Positions 52,341 through 63,033 of a stretch of 64,000 nt of DNA are shown piece by piece. The notes beneath the pieces were generated by a model that ran no database searches, had not been told where the DNA came from, and saw only the letters and a program-made list of their open reading frames with translations. This stretch comes from Daphnia carinata (taxonomy: Eukaryota). Both the position numbers and the translations under genes were made by a program. The stretch lies in NCBI RefSeq assembly GCF_022539665.2, contig NC_081331.1, positions 5,270,001 to 5,334,000 on the forward strand, read 5' to 3'. Position 1 is the stretch's first letter. Each line of letters begins with the position of its first letter.

Positions 52341-52465
52341 TGTTTTTAACTGCTTTCTTACTCTGCCCTTTCTTTTTTTTTATATTGCCTGGTCTTGTGT
52401 TTTCTGCTTGGCATTCTTCTAATTTCTTTCTTCATTTAATATTCTTACTTCGATAATCCATTTTA

Positions 52466-52530
52466 AGTCGTCTGGGATTTGAACCAAAGAATTCTTGCAC
52501 CATAGGCCAGCGTGCTACCGGTATGTCATA
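52466..52530 (-). pseudogene. tRNA-derived Pol III-type element (degenerate)
   Basis: The minus strand reads ...accggtagcacgctggcctatgg...ggttcaaatcccagac, with a B-box GGTTCAAATCC at tRNA-like spacing. The cloverleaf is not intact. Confidence 0.5.
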
Positions 52531-52620
52531 CTACCCTTGTTAACATTGTTTCGGATTGTGATACCTATATAGATATTCAGTACACACTAGCTTATTGTTG
52601 AATGCATATTAGTTATTTGT

Positions 52621-52692
52621 TAGTTCATGGTTGGAATAATGGTAAAGCATGTGGTTGTCATGCTAGAATACTAGGGTTCGATCCCCATATCA
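52621..52692 (+). pseudogene. tRNA-derived Pol III-type element (degenerate)
   Basis: A-box-like tggaataatggtaaagc and B-box ggttcgatccc at 52675-52685. Confidence 0.5.
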
Positions 52693-52835
52693 GTTAATGT
52701 ACAGCTAAATAATAAATACAAAATTAAATAGTGTAAAATCGTTTTTATTGTCCCTCCTTCCACCCACATATCCACCACTATTACATACATTTTAAAATAC
52801 AGTACACAACATACAATACATACACAGATACACTT

Positions 52836-53161
52836 AAACTAACACGTTGGCTGCCACGCCACCATTTTCTACTGTCGCTAGTGTCGCTATCCTAGGGATA
52901 GCGACCAAGGGGGCCGGGTAGGCCGGGCTGACACGGCGATGAGACCTTTTTGGGAACGCACACCCCAGGTCTCATCAGCCGCATCGAAAAAGGGAATTCC
53001 CTGTGGTGCGTTGCCTAGGGGCCATTCGGCCAATCTTGGGCAGTGGCGCTGCTCCACCCCATGGCAGATAGACCATGGAGCAGAACAGCGCGGCCCGTCC
53101 CTGTCAAGCTACAAAAAAAAAGGGGATCAAAGTGGGTGGGTGGCAGCCAACGTGTTAGTTT
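52836..53161. mobile_element. MITE-like element, 326 bp, with perfect 22-bp TIRs (aaactaacacgttggctgccac) and piggyBac-like ends
   Basis: 52836-52857 is the reverse complement of 53140-53161. Internal hairpin gtcgctatcc-tag-ggatagcgac at 52883-52905. Confidence 0.75.
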
Positions 53162-53204
53162 GCAAAACATAATACAACATAAAACAAAACACAACCATAC
53201 CACG

Positions 53205-53445
53205 AAGACGAGGCGACCACGAGGTGATGAAGGGGCGATAGGGGAGGCGTAGACGGCGTGACCACGAGGCGATGACAGGGCGACGACGACGGGCGAGGCG
53301 ACGGGAGAGGCGAAGACGGGGCGACGGGCGAGGCGACGGGCAAGGCGACGGGCGAGGCGAAGACGGGGAGACGGGCGAGGCGACGGGCGAGGCGAAGACG
53401 GCTACAGGCGAGGCGACGGACGGGGCGAAAAGCCAGGCGACGAAG
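53205..53445 (+). repeat. GC-rich degenerate minisatellite built on ggcgacgggcga
   Basis: Many ~12-bp units are directly visible. Confidence 0.85.
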
Positions 53446-56400
53446 GATTATGAAGTGAAGAACGGGCAAAACTTAGAATTTTGATTCAATTTTGCGTGGA
53501 ACAGAAGATGATGGTATAGTTCTAAATGATAAATATGAAGAAAACGTTACTACATGTGGAATATAATATTATTGGCATAATTATAACAGGGAAGGAAATT
53601 TACTTTACCCTGTTGTCCAAAGACGCAAAAGTTGTTGGGCTGGTAATTTTGCTGAAGGAGAAGGCTCGGCAGACCTACGATGGTATATTATATTTAAAGA
53701 ATGGCAACAGTAGATAAGCCTCAAACTTAAAATACCAAACAGGACTGGCTGTGATGTCCATTTCTATGTAAGTTGGTTGGTAGTGGTTAATCATTGGAAT
53801 CCAAACAAAGAGGGACACGATGCACTAGTCAGATTAAAGCTGTTTCTGATGACTAGGCAAAGGGTAGTCAAATGAGACAGTGGTGTGTTGGTTCTATCAT
53901 TGGTGACCTTCCCACTGGTTAGTATGTCTTCCGTTGTAAGTTTTACAAAGCTAGATGTTAAAGTCAGAATCATGCCAATATTAACGGCCACACACAAGTT
54001 ACATACCTCTAAATAGAGCAACAGAGTAGCATGATGGAATGCTAAGGTCATAGTTCTTTGACAGAGCAATTTGTGACAGTTGGAATTGGCAGCTTGCATA
54101 GCTTGCAAGATTGCCCGTTACATGAAAAATGAAATATTTGGTTTGCTTCACGTCCAAAACGACACAGGGAATAAAACACTTAATAGTACTTAATTTTATA
54201 CAACTTTTCACTGGAGTCTAACATTTTTAACAAAGACTTTCAAGCAGGATTAACTGCTTACACCACTGTCACACGTTAACATTCCACCATTTTGGAAGCG
54301 CAACAGCGACATCTAGTTTTTTTCTCAACAACCAAAATAAAAGTGAATCGAAGAAGAATTAGTGAACAAGTTGTTTATTAAAAAACCTCGGTATTACCAT
54401 TAAAATACATGATTTAGATTGGAAATTTCACAGGGCTTTTTACAAGCGTGTCTGACCAGCATCAAACTGTAGTTTAAGAATAAATAATCTTACGTGTTTT
54501 TGTTTAAAATAGTACTTCCCATCTCTTGCCAGCTTTTAGTCGTATAAATATCAACACATAATCACCAGGTTTTTCTTGTGTCTTCTCGGTTAGAAAATGA
54601 AAATACAAAATGACAAGGTTAAGTCAAAACAACGAATTACTAGAAGATCAACTGTCGGTCACACAACATGATACAAAAACACGACATTTACATATAAAAC
54701 AATCGGTTCGGTATTGCGAACGCCTGTGTGCCCTTTGCGCTAATACCAATTTAATGAAGATATTGACCAAAAAGAACGACATTTTAGTTTTTTGCGCTCG
54801 TCCCCAGAGTCAGACGATTGAACGTAAAAAGTATAAAACACGCTCAAAATAGCCCAGAGAAAACTGAATCGGATAGCGCGGAATAACACGCAGGAGAATA
54901 CCGAGTAGTCTAACAAGAATAACGTTTATTACCTTTCAGCAGATTGTAAAACGGTGACAGTCAGTAGGATGTTTCGTATCCAATTGGAGACGCCTACGTA
55001 GATCCTTGGGAAACTAAAAATTTTGGGCAAATCAAACAGTCCTCAAAACCCACTTCCTGGTGACGCAAGTTCACATATTATTTACATACTTTAACGGCTG
55101 TTGATGCTAGCTGCAATTTTTCCGGCGCAATGTAAATCCATCAATATTAGTAACCTAGAAAGAGAAAGTTTCTATTAGAAGAAAATAAGGATGATTCTTA
55201 ATGTTCCGAGAATAATTAAACTTCGATAGGTCTTATTTACTAATTACTCACCCGATTTAGTATGTGTCACGCACCCTTGTTTTGCGTAACAGCCAGACAG
55301 AGAAAACATTTTAAACCTTGGCTAAGGAGATCCGCCGGGCTCATCCAGGTTACGTGCTAGTGCTTTTCCATAAAACCTTCATTGTTAACTTGTTTGGAAT
55401 TGATGTGACTCCTTGTTGTAATCATAGTAGGAGAGCAATCCCTTGATTTAATGTAATCTGGAAGGGAAAAATATTATAACGATTCAAGAAAAACATGGCT
55501 ATTAAGATTACCACTAACTAAAATCTTAATCCTTTGAAGATAAGTTTTGTGCATTTCAAGAATTATTGAACATCAGAATTTTCTATTAATTCACCATCAG
55601 GACAGATTAATATGTACCACTGCTATTGAAAAATGTAGACTGTACGTGATGTGTGCGATAAAAAAATCCAGAAAAATATCTGTTAATTCAAGTTCATCTA
55701 ATTTTCATCCATTCTACCATACCATTTCATTCCAACTACAGGGGAAACGGCCTCACGTGCAGAGACTTATCAAGGCGTATTCGGTTTTCTCAAGTATAAA
55801 GCACGCTTTGAAATAGATGGAATGTTTGTCTGTTGGAAAGCAAACGAAATCATCCAGAGCCATTTCGGTCAGTATGGGGACGAGTTGAGTGCAATCCGGC
55901 CGAAAACCTTCGACGAAATCAACAGAAAGCATTGAAAACTTCCTCGATCGACAACTGAATTCGACATCTTGTTAACTATATGTTTTGCCCTGATGAGGAA
56001 TGAATCACACACTTCTGGGATTTAAACTACGATAGGCCTACTCCAATATACAGACATAATGCAATTTTAAAACATCCGCCGCGTATATTCGAGAAAGCCT
56101 ATTAAGCATAAAATCAAAAGGTATGTATATAGTTTACATGATGTGAAATAAGAAAAAAAAATCACCCGAATTGTAAATTTATTAAATAAATCCCGTGCTT
56201 AAGGCTTCGCCTTTAGACCTTAGCCGGATTTAACTTCACCCCGTTCCCACACTGACCAAAACGGCTCTTAGTGATTCCGTTTCGTTCTGCCTGCATTTTC
56301 ACTTTCAAAGAAATACATTAAACAAAGATAAATTTATACGTAATAAATAAATATCCGCAAGGAGGCCGTTCCCTTTGTAATTGGAATTAACTTTGAATTT

Positions 56401-58031
56401 GTGGAATAGAATGGTATAGTAAAATGGAGGACGATTGAGGGATTACTTATGACAAACTACGCAAGATATCTAGATGTTAGAATGATTTGGATCTAAATGG
56501 ATGTCCTACCTCGTTCACATCACTTGAACATTTCAATTATATATGAATACGGGAAGAGCTTCTCAGCACTCAACTTCAGATTGAGAAGCGTAAAATTTTA
56601 AATAAATACTATTACTTGTATGGCTTCCAACTATTTTGAAGTTGAAGCTTTGCTGCTGTGCCAATTCCGGATGTTTAACTCTGTGTTTCTAATAACAAAC
56701 CCTTATGATAATGGTAGATACATGGTTGCATGTTGCTGCGTAGTCGGTTGTTTTAAAGACGAATGCTTCCTTTTCTTTGCTCTCGTTTCACAGATAAGAA
56801 AGACTTCAGATTAATATAGCACATAAAAGAATTATACGACTCAAACCTTACCTAGGCCATGGTTATTTCAGACATCAGCAGCGTTGGCAATACAAGACGC
56901 ACTGAAAACGTGATACAATTTTGAAAATGTTTTAGTAATGATTAAAATGGAATCTCAAAACGACATGCCTTGCTTATAGAAGAATAAGGTTTTCACAGCT
57001 AAACGCAAAGTCCTCGAAGTACATAGCGTAAAGTGAAAGCTGTAACAAAAATAAATTAAGAAAACAATTAATGAATAAATATTTGTATAATAACGTACCA
57101 CGTAGTATCTAGATTCCAACCTTTTTGTTGTTTTAGCCATGGCAACATGGATATGGACGGATAAACGTCAAACATGCGAAAAGCAGTACGGTAGTCCAAA
57201 AACTCTTATCGGTTTTCTATGTAAATCTAACATAACCATGCCCAAAAAGAAAAGAAATATGTATATATGATGAATTAAACATGTGGTCTAAAGAAGAATA
57301 GCAAAAGTCAGTTAATCATATAGCTTTACCATGAATGAGAACCTGCAACTGGTTACTGATGTAGTTTTTTCTTCAAACAGAAGCTTTCTTGTTGTCCACA
57401 TACTGTTGTGTATATTTGTTGTTCCATATCGCCGTTGATTCCAAAAACAGAACTATGAACAAATCGAGCTCGCTGAAGACGTTTCTGAGCGTATAGAACA
57501 AAGTTATGAGCATGCAAAAACTTCCATTGCATACCTAAGAGAGCTTAAAAGAACTTCAACTAACTCTTTCTTTTAAGATGACTATTACTAACTATGGAAC
57601 TAACCTGTATCTGGATCTAATCTATAACCTATAACTGGAAAAAGTAGTACTATGGGGTTCTTAGAGGCGACAGCAAGACTCCATGTTTGAAGAGTAGCAG
57701 CCTGGATGAACACAGAAGCGCCGGGGGATAGGTAGATTTTCTTCGGCCAATTTTCCTTAGGAGTATATGAAAGAAGTTTTAAATTTATATAAATTTGTCA
57801 ATTTTAAATAGTCTAATGGTAAGACGTAATGGTGTTAGATACAAAAAGGAACAACAAAAACTTACAGGTATCGAATTGGGTCACATATCCCGATCATAAG
57901 CGTCTGCATCCACGAGCCGTCTTTCAGGCCGTGGGGAGGCTAACGAACAGCCTACGTTCAATGTTCCCCTCTTCTCCACCCTTCAGTTTGTGGGTCGATC
58001 CTTAACGTGTAGTGAACAGTACTACAGATCG

Positions 58032-58117
58032 ATTTTTAGCCTGGCAAGGCTTTTTTTGCCATTTTTAGCCTGGCAAGGCTTTTTTTTGCCATTTTTAGCC
58101 TGGCAAGGCTTTTTTGG
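58032..58117 (+). repeat. ~30-bp tandem repeat, about 3 copies (atttttagcctggcaaggctttttttgcc)
   Basis: Units near 58032, 58061 and 58091. Confidence 0.9.
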
Positions 58118-58149
58118 TGTACCATTTAGCCCCGTTATAGTAGGCATGG

Positions 58150-58242
58150 CTCTTCTTTTCTCTCTTCTTTTATTCTTTCTTCTTTTTTTCTCACTTCTTT
58201 TATTCTTTCTTCTTTTATTCTTTCTTCTTTCTTTTCTTTCTT
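58150..58242 (+). repeat. Pyrimidine-rich simple repeat (cttcttttattcttt)n
   Basis: Directly visible. Confidence 0.85.
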
Positions 58243-58303
58243 GAATGAGTAGAATCTTGCGTATCTTGAATGATGAATTGGAGGGAAAGGGAGGGAGGGA
58301 AAT

Positions 58304-58376
58304 TGGCGGTGGCGGGACTTGAACCCGGGGCCCTCAGAATGCGAAGCGAAGGTGGTAACCACTGTGCCAGGACCGC
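58304..58376 (-). pseudogene. tRNA-Ala(CGC)-like pseudogene
   Basis: The 73-nt minus strand GCGGTCCTGGCACAGTGGTTACCACCTTCGCTTCGCATTCTGAGGGCCCCGGGTTCAAGTCCCGCCACCGCCA has an A-box, a TT-CGC-AT loop, a T-arm and 5 of 7 acceptor pairs. The D and anticodon stems are mismatched. Confidence 0.65.
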
Positions 58377-58443
58377 ACATCCCAAACAAATTTTGCTTTG
58401 GGTGTCACCCATTGAAATAGGTAGCTTATGAAGCAATGGAATA

Positions 58444-58507
58444 GTGTAGTATGGCGCTATGGCTTAGTATACGGCTACCATGCTGATTTCACGGGTTCGA
58501 TTCTATG
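58444..58507 (+). pseudogene. tRNA-derived Pol III-type element (degenerate)
   Basis: A-box tggcgctatgg at 58452-58462 and B-box ggttcgattc at 58494-58503. Confidence 0.5.
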
Positions 58508-58559
58508 TTTTTATAATTATATTAATATTTTTTTTTACGTTTAGCAACGCACTAGTAAC

Positions 58560-59270
58560 TTTTGCCCGTGCAAGACCTGGGGATAGCGCATTTTAACGCT
58601 TCTTTTTCTTAATTTTAGTCGGTCAATCGTTAATTTGAGCCTAATTTATTCGTTATTTTGCCGTCTAATTTTAATTCTTTTTTCATATTAAAACACTCCC
58701 TATTTTTGCCCGCAAACCCTCTCACTTTATTTATTTACTAGTAACGTTGAGCCCGTCCACGGCCGGGGGATAGTTGGCGCTAGCGTATTTTTACGCTATT
58801 TTTAAGAAAATTGACCCATGCCTATTTTTTGCCCGTCTACTCTTAATTCTATTCATCAATCAAGAGTTCCCCTTTCATCCCCGCCGACCCACTCATTGTT
58901 TCTGCCGGCCATCCCCTCACTTTCTCTGCCCAACCACACTTTACCCGTCGACCCCCTCTCTGCCCGTCAACCCACACTCTGCCCGTCAACTCCCATTCTG
59001 CCCCCAAAAATGCCTACTGGGGGAACATCTACCTTTTTTTTGCATTTGCCCACCCTTTCGTCACAGTCTCGGCCCGTCAAAACCCCCGCTATAGTTGTCC
59101 GTCCATCCATTTTTTGCTTCTGCCCGCTAAGAAGCCCGCTGTTATTGCCCGTAGACCCTCTCTATGCCCGTCAGCCCCCGTTCTGCCCGTCGGCCCCCTC
59201 GCTGCCCGTCGACCCACTCATCTGCCCGTCGGCCCACGCGCTGCCTGTCGACCCACTCGCTTCCCGTGAC
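58560..59270 (+). repeat. Cluster of short same-orientation (t)gcccgtc motifs, subterminal to the right TIR
   Basis: More than ten gcccg(t) motifs, becoming ~20-bp periodic at 59140-59260. Confidence 0.8.
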
Positions 59271-60926
59271 GTGACTCGTGATGTGACAGACACAGGCTCC
59301 TCCTCTTCAAAGACATCATGTGTCGCCATCTAGGTAAAATCCAGTTCAGTCAGATTCAAACAAAAAACAAGCTTAACTTTGTCTTTACTTATTTTCTCAG
59401 AAATCTGGATTGCTATAAAAACCCATGATTTTGAATCGAAATTCAACGATGATGTCGGAAAACCAGTGCGTTTTTAGTTGCGTTTTTTTCGGAACGAATA
59501 TCGTTTGGCCTTTCGAAAATCGATTAAAGGATCCGATAAGCAAGAACCCATTTGGCGTAGTCAATGGGGGGGGGGGGGGGGGTGTAAAACGGATTGCCAT
59601 AGTTTGCATCAAACTTACCCATTCGGCAACCCAAGTGTGCATATGTTTTTCTTTGATAATTATTTTATTTTGCTACTATGCTTGGTAAACTGCAATTATG
59701 CCCAATATTTTTACCTTTGCATTTTAGGTCTTCTCTTCTATGTCACTAAGTACTATAGGGAAGGGAATAACTGAAGTTGATTGAGATCTATTCTGATTCT
59801 CCTGATATCCATCTCAACAGGTTTTTATTTGCTTTTCAACATCCATTTCATAGTGGGACGTGTGGCTTTGATTAATATTGCCATAAAGTCTGCCGAAAAT
59901 GGGTGTGGTACGGAAACCCAGAAACGGCATGAGCTCAACATCAAACATGGATTAGGTACTTTTTGGTTTTTTGTCTATCGAAAAAGTATTTTTAATGCTA
60001 TTGTTTTACATTCACAGAATTTTAGCGGGGGATCAAGTCAAGTCTGGAAGTGTTACAGGATGGAAGAGTGAGCCTACAGTTGAAAAAACACTGAGAGTGC
60101 ATTGCCGTTAAGGTATGAGGTAAAGTAATAGAGTATGCAAATTGTCTAATGAGAAGTACCATCTTGTGTGAATGAATCCTGTATAACAGCAATCCTTTAT
60201 AGTTCTGTCACAGCTAGAAGCCTCAAATAATTCTGCTTCTCTTGCTAAAGAACAACTTGTCCTTAACGTTCAGAGTGTTGGTGAAGCTGGGTACATAAAT
60301 GGCCCTAAAGATGTTTCACTTCGCTGGCATTGCAGCGATGAACATCATACATGGACTCTTTAGGTATGAAAGAAATTTTCTTGAAAAATTTTTGAATTTA
60401 TGACGAAGCATTTCTCCTCCTTTTTGCCAACCATGTCTAATCTACAAAAAAAAATTTATCCAATAGGAAAGGATTTTCAGCATACTGGGAACACAGCTAT
60501 CAACAATGCAACATTCTACGGGTGCTATTTTATCATTCAAGAGCCTTATACAATGATTTTCATCTGCAATTTGTATGGCCTTTCCCAAGCTTCTGCCAGA
60601 AGTTGAATCTATGAGTCATGTAAGTCACATGAGCAACAATTGAGATGCTTAATGGTGTTTTGCTTTTCTCAGTATAGGTTGATAGTAACATTGGATCTGA
60701 AAAGATTCTTGGTTGGGGCAAGACACTGAATAAATTGCAATGATTGGATGGTTAACATGACATTTCTATACTTCATTCGGATTCCCGAGACGGTATTTTA
60801 TATTTAAAAAATTGAAGTGCATATCTGGGCTCCCTTCTTTCTGAGGCCCCGTTTCCCCTAAATTTCTAATAAGGCCGTAGGGGGTCATGCCCCTACTGTA
60901 CGGTATATATCAAAATAACATATACC

Positions 60927-61073
60927 GCTAAACGCTCTCCCACAGAGCTATGGACCTTATGAAACTAATAGACAGATAAACATATAGTTGAGCAAGACTG
61001 CACAAACAGCGTAGACCACACACATCTGTCTATTGGTTTCATAAGGTCCATAGCCTGTGGGAGAGCGTTTAGC
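60927..61073. mobile_element. 147-bp hairpin/MITE-like insert with ~50-bp inverted arms
   Basis: gctaaacgctctcccacagagctatggaccttatgaaactaatagacagat matches the reverse complement of 61024-61073 with 1 indel and 1 mismatch. Confidence 0.75.
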
Positions 61074-61228
61074 TGCGATACCTGTTACCCTGGGTTGAAA
61101 CCTCGGTTGGTATAAAAAAATGAAGCAGAATTATTGTAGAAAAGAATATTGAAGCATTTCATTTCAATTTTATTCTAAGTGTAAATGTAAGTCCGTAAGT
61201 GTCAAGAAAAAAGTCAAATGACATCATA

Positions 61229-61300
61229 TGAATCATGGCTCATTGGTAGAGCATCGGCGTGGTATACCGAACATCCAGGGTTCGATTCCCCATTGAGACA
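61229..61300 (+). pseudogene. tRNA-derived Pol III-type element
   Basis: A-box tggctcattgg(tagagc) at 61236-61246, anticodon-like stem tcgg...ccga, and B-box ggttcgattcc at 61279-61289. The acceptor stem is poor. Confidence 0.6.
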
Positions 61301-62933
61301 AATTTGAAAGCTCAATCAAAAAAAATAAGGCTCTCAGGTATGTATCAATAACAAAGGATAATACATACGATGTGGCTACATGTGTAGAAAAAAAAAACGC
61401 GCAATAGGTATAAAATTAAAAACACAACTTTTGCTTTTTTTGTTTAAAAAAAATAAACTGCATTGACATTACTCTGCACATATAAATGATTTTGCAACTT
61501 TAAAAAGGCACAAGAGCCCTTTCAAAAGTTGCCGTCAACCCAGGCAAGGGGAGACACTGCCATGTTGACCCACCGGGGAGCTTACCCGGTGATTGGCTAA
61601 GAGAAGCCGGAAGAAGAGCTGAAGATTTGGAACATTTTATTACAGGAGCGATTAACCTTTAATTCGGATTTGTGGGTAGCCACGTCGCCCTCCGTGAACA
61701 CATCATCGGACTAAGCGGACCCCCACATCCCCTTTCCGGCCAGAGCCCTCCAAACCGCTGTATATGTTATTTTGATATATACCGTACAGTAGGGGCATGA
61801 CCCCCTACGGCCTTATTAGAAATTTAGGGGAAACGGGGCCTCAGAAAGAAGGGAGCCCAGATATGCACTTCAATTTTTTAAATATAAAATACCGTCTCGG
61901 GAATCCGAATGAAGTATAGAAATGTCATGTTAACCATCCAATCATTGCAATTTATTCAGTGTCTTGCCCCAACCAAGAATCTTTTCAGATCCAATGTTAC
62001 TATCAACCTATACTGAGAAAAGCAAAACACCATTAAGCATCTCAATTGTTGCTCATGTGACTTACATGACTCATAGATTCAACTTCTGGCAGAAGCTTGG
62101 GAAAGGCCATACAAATTGCAGATGAAAATCATTGTATAAGGCTCTTGAATGATAAAATAGCACCCGTAGAATGTTGCATTGTTGATAGCTGTGTTCCCAG
62201 TATGCTGAAAATCCTTTCCTATTGGATAAATTTTTTTTTGTAGATTAGACATGGTTGGCAAAAAGGAGGAGAAATGCTTCGTCATAAATTCAAAAATTTT
62301 TCAAGAAAATTTCTTTCATACCTAAAGAGTCCATGTATGATGTTCATCGCTGCAATGCCAGCGAAGTGAAACATCTTTAGGGCCATTTATGTACCCAGCT
62401 TCACCAACACTCTGAACGTTAAGGACAAGTTGTTCTTTAGCAAGAGAAGCAGAATTATTTGAGGCTTCTAGCTGTGACAGAACTATAAAGGATTGCTGTT
62501 ATACAGGATTCATTCACACAAGATGGTACTTCTCATTAGACAATTTGCATACTCTATTACTTTACCTCATACCTTAACGGCAATGCACTCTCAGTGTTTT
62601 TTCAACTGTAGGCTCACTCTTCCATCCTGTAACACTTCCAGACTTGACTTGATCCCCCGCTAAAATTCTGTGAATGTAAAACAATAGCATTAAAAATACT
62701 TTTTCGATAGACAAAAAACCAAAAAGTACCTAATCCATGTTTGATGTTGAGCTCATGCCGTTTCTGGGTTTCCGTACCACACCCATTTTCGGCAGACTTT
62801 ATGGCAATATTAATCAAAGCCACACGTCCCACTATGAAATGGATGTTGAAAAGCAAATAAAAACCTGTTGAGATGGATATCAGGAGAATCAGAATAGATC
62901 TCAATCAACTTCAGTTATTCCCTTCCCTATAGT

Positions 62934-63033
62934 NNNNNNNNNNNNNNNNNNNNNNNNNNNNNNNNNNNNNNNNNNNNNNNNNNNNNNNNNNNNNNNNNNN
63001 NNNNNNNNNNNNNNNNNNNNNNNNNNNNNNNNN
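62934..63033. other. Assembly gap (100 N placeholder)
   Basis: Run of exactly 100 N. Confidence 1.

Larger units (their letters stand above)
50340..59598. mobile_element. Candidate ~9.26-kb non-autonomous TIR DNA transposon (TIR GGCAATCCGTTTTACA, AT flanks; ISL2EU/PIF-Harbinger-like ends)
   Basis: tatGGCAATCCGTTTTACA at 50337-50355 is the exact reverse complement of TGTAAAACGGATTGCCata at 59583-59601. No intact transposase ORF is seen inside. The superfamily call rests only on GG-starting TIRs and AT flanks. Confidence 0.6.
59752..62933. repeat. Long inverted repeat: arms 59752-60925 and 61760-62933 (1174 bp each), 834-bp spacer; right arm cut by the gap
   Basis: Mirror ORFs have identical translations (59781-60071 + / 62614-62904 -; 60400-60606 + / 62079-62285 -). 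All mirrored coordinates sum to 122685. Confidence 0.97.

Noticed and set aside
53155..53484. R/G/D-rich and P/S-rich ORFs
   Set aside because: Products of the GC-rich minisatellite.
52002..54394. 12-bp inverted match ataccgaggttt / aaacctcggtat as a Tc1/mariner TIR pair
   Set aside because: Too short to exceed chance in a region of this size, with no further support.
58304..58376. Functional tRNA-Ala gene
   Set aside because: Two acceptor-stem mismatches and unpaired D and anticodon stems; kept only as a pseudogene.
58774..59333. Proline-rich ORFs of 106 and 171 aa
   Set aside because: Arise from the gcccgtc repeat cluster.
62901..63033. Extension of the WDR11 ORF through the X-run to TIGKGITEVD
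   Set aside because: Artefact of translating across the N gap.
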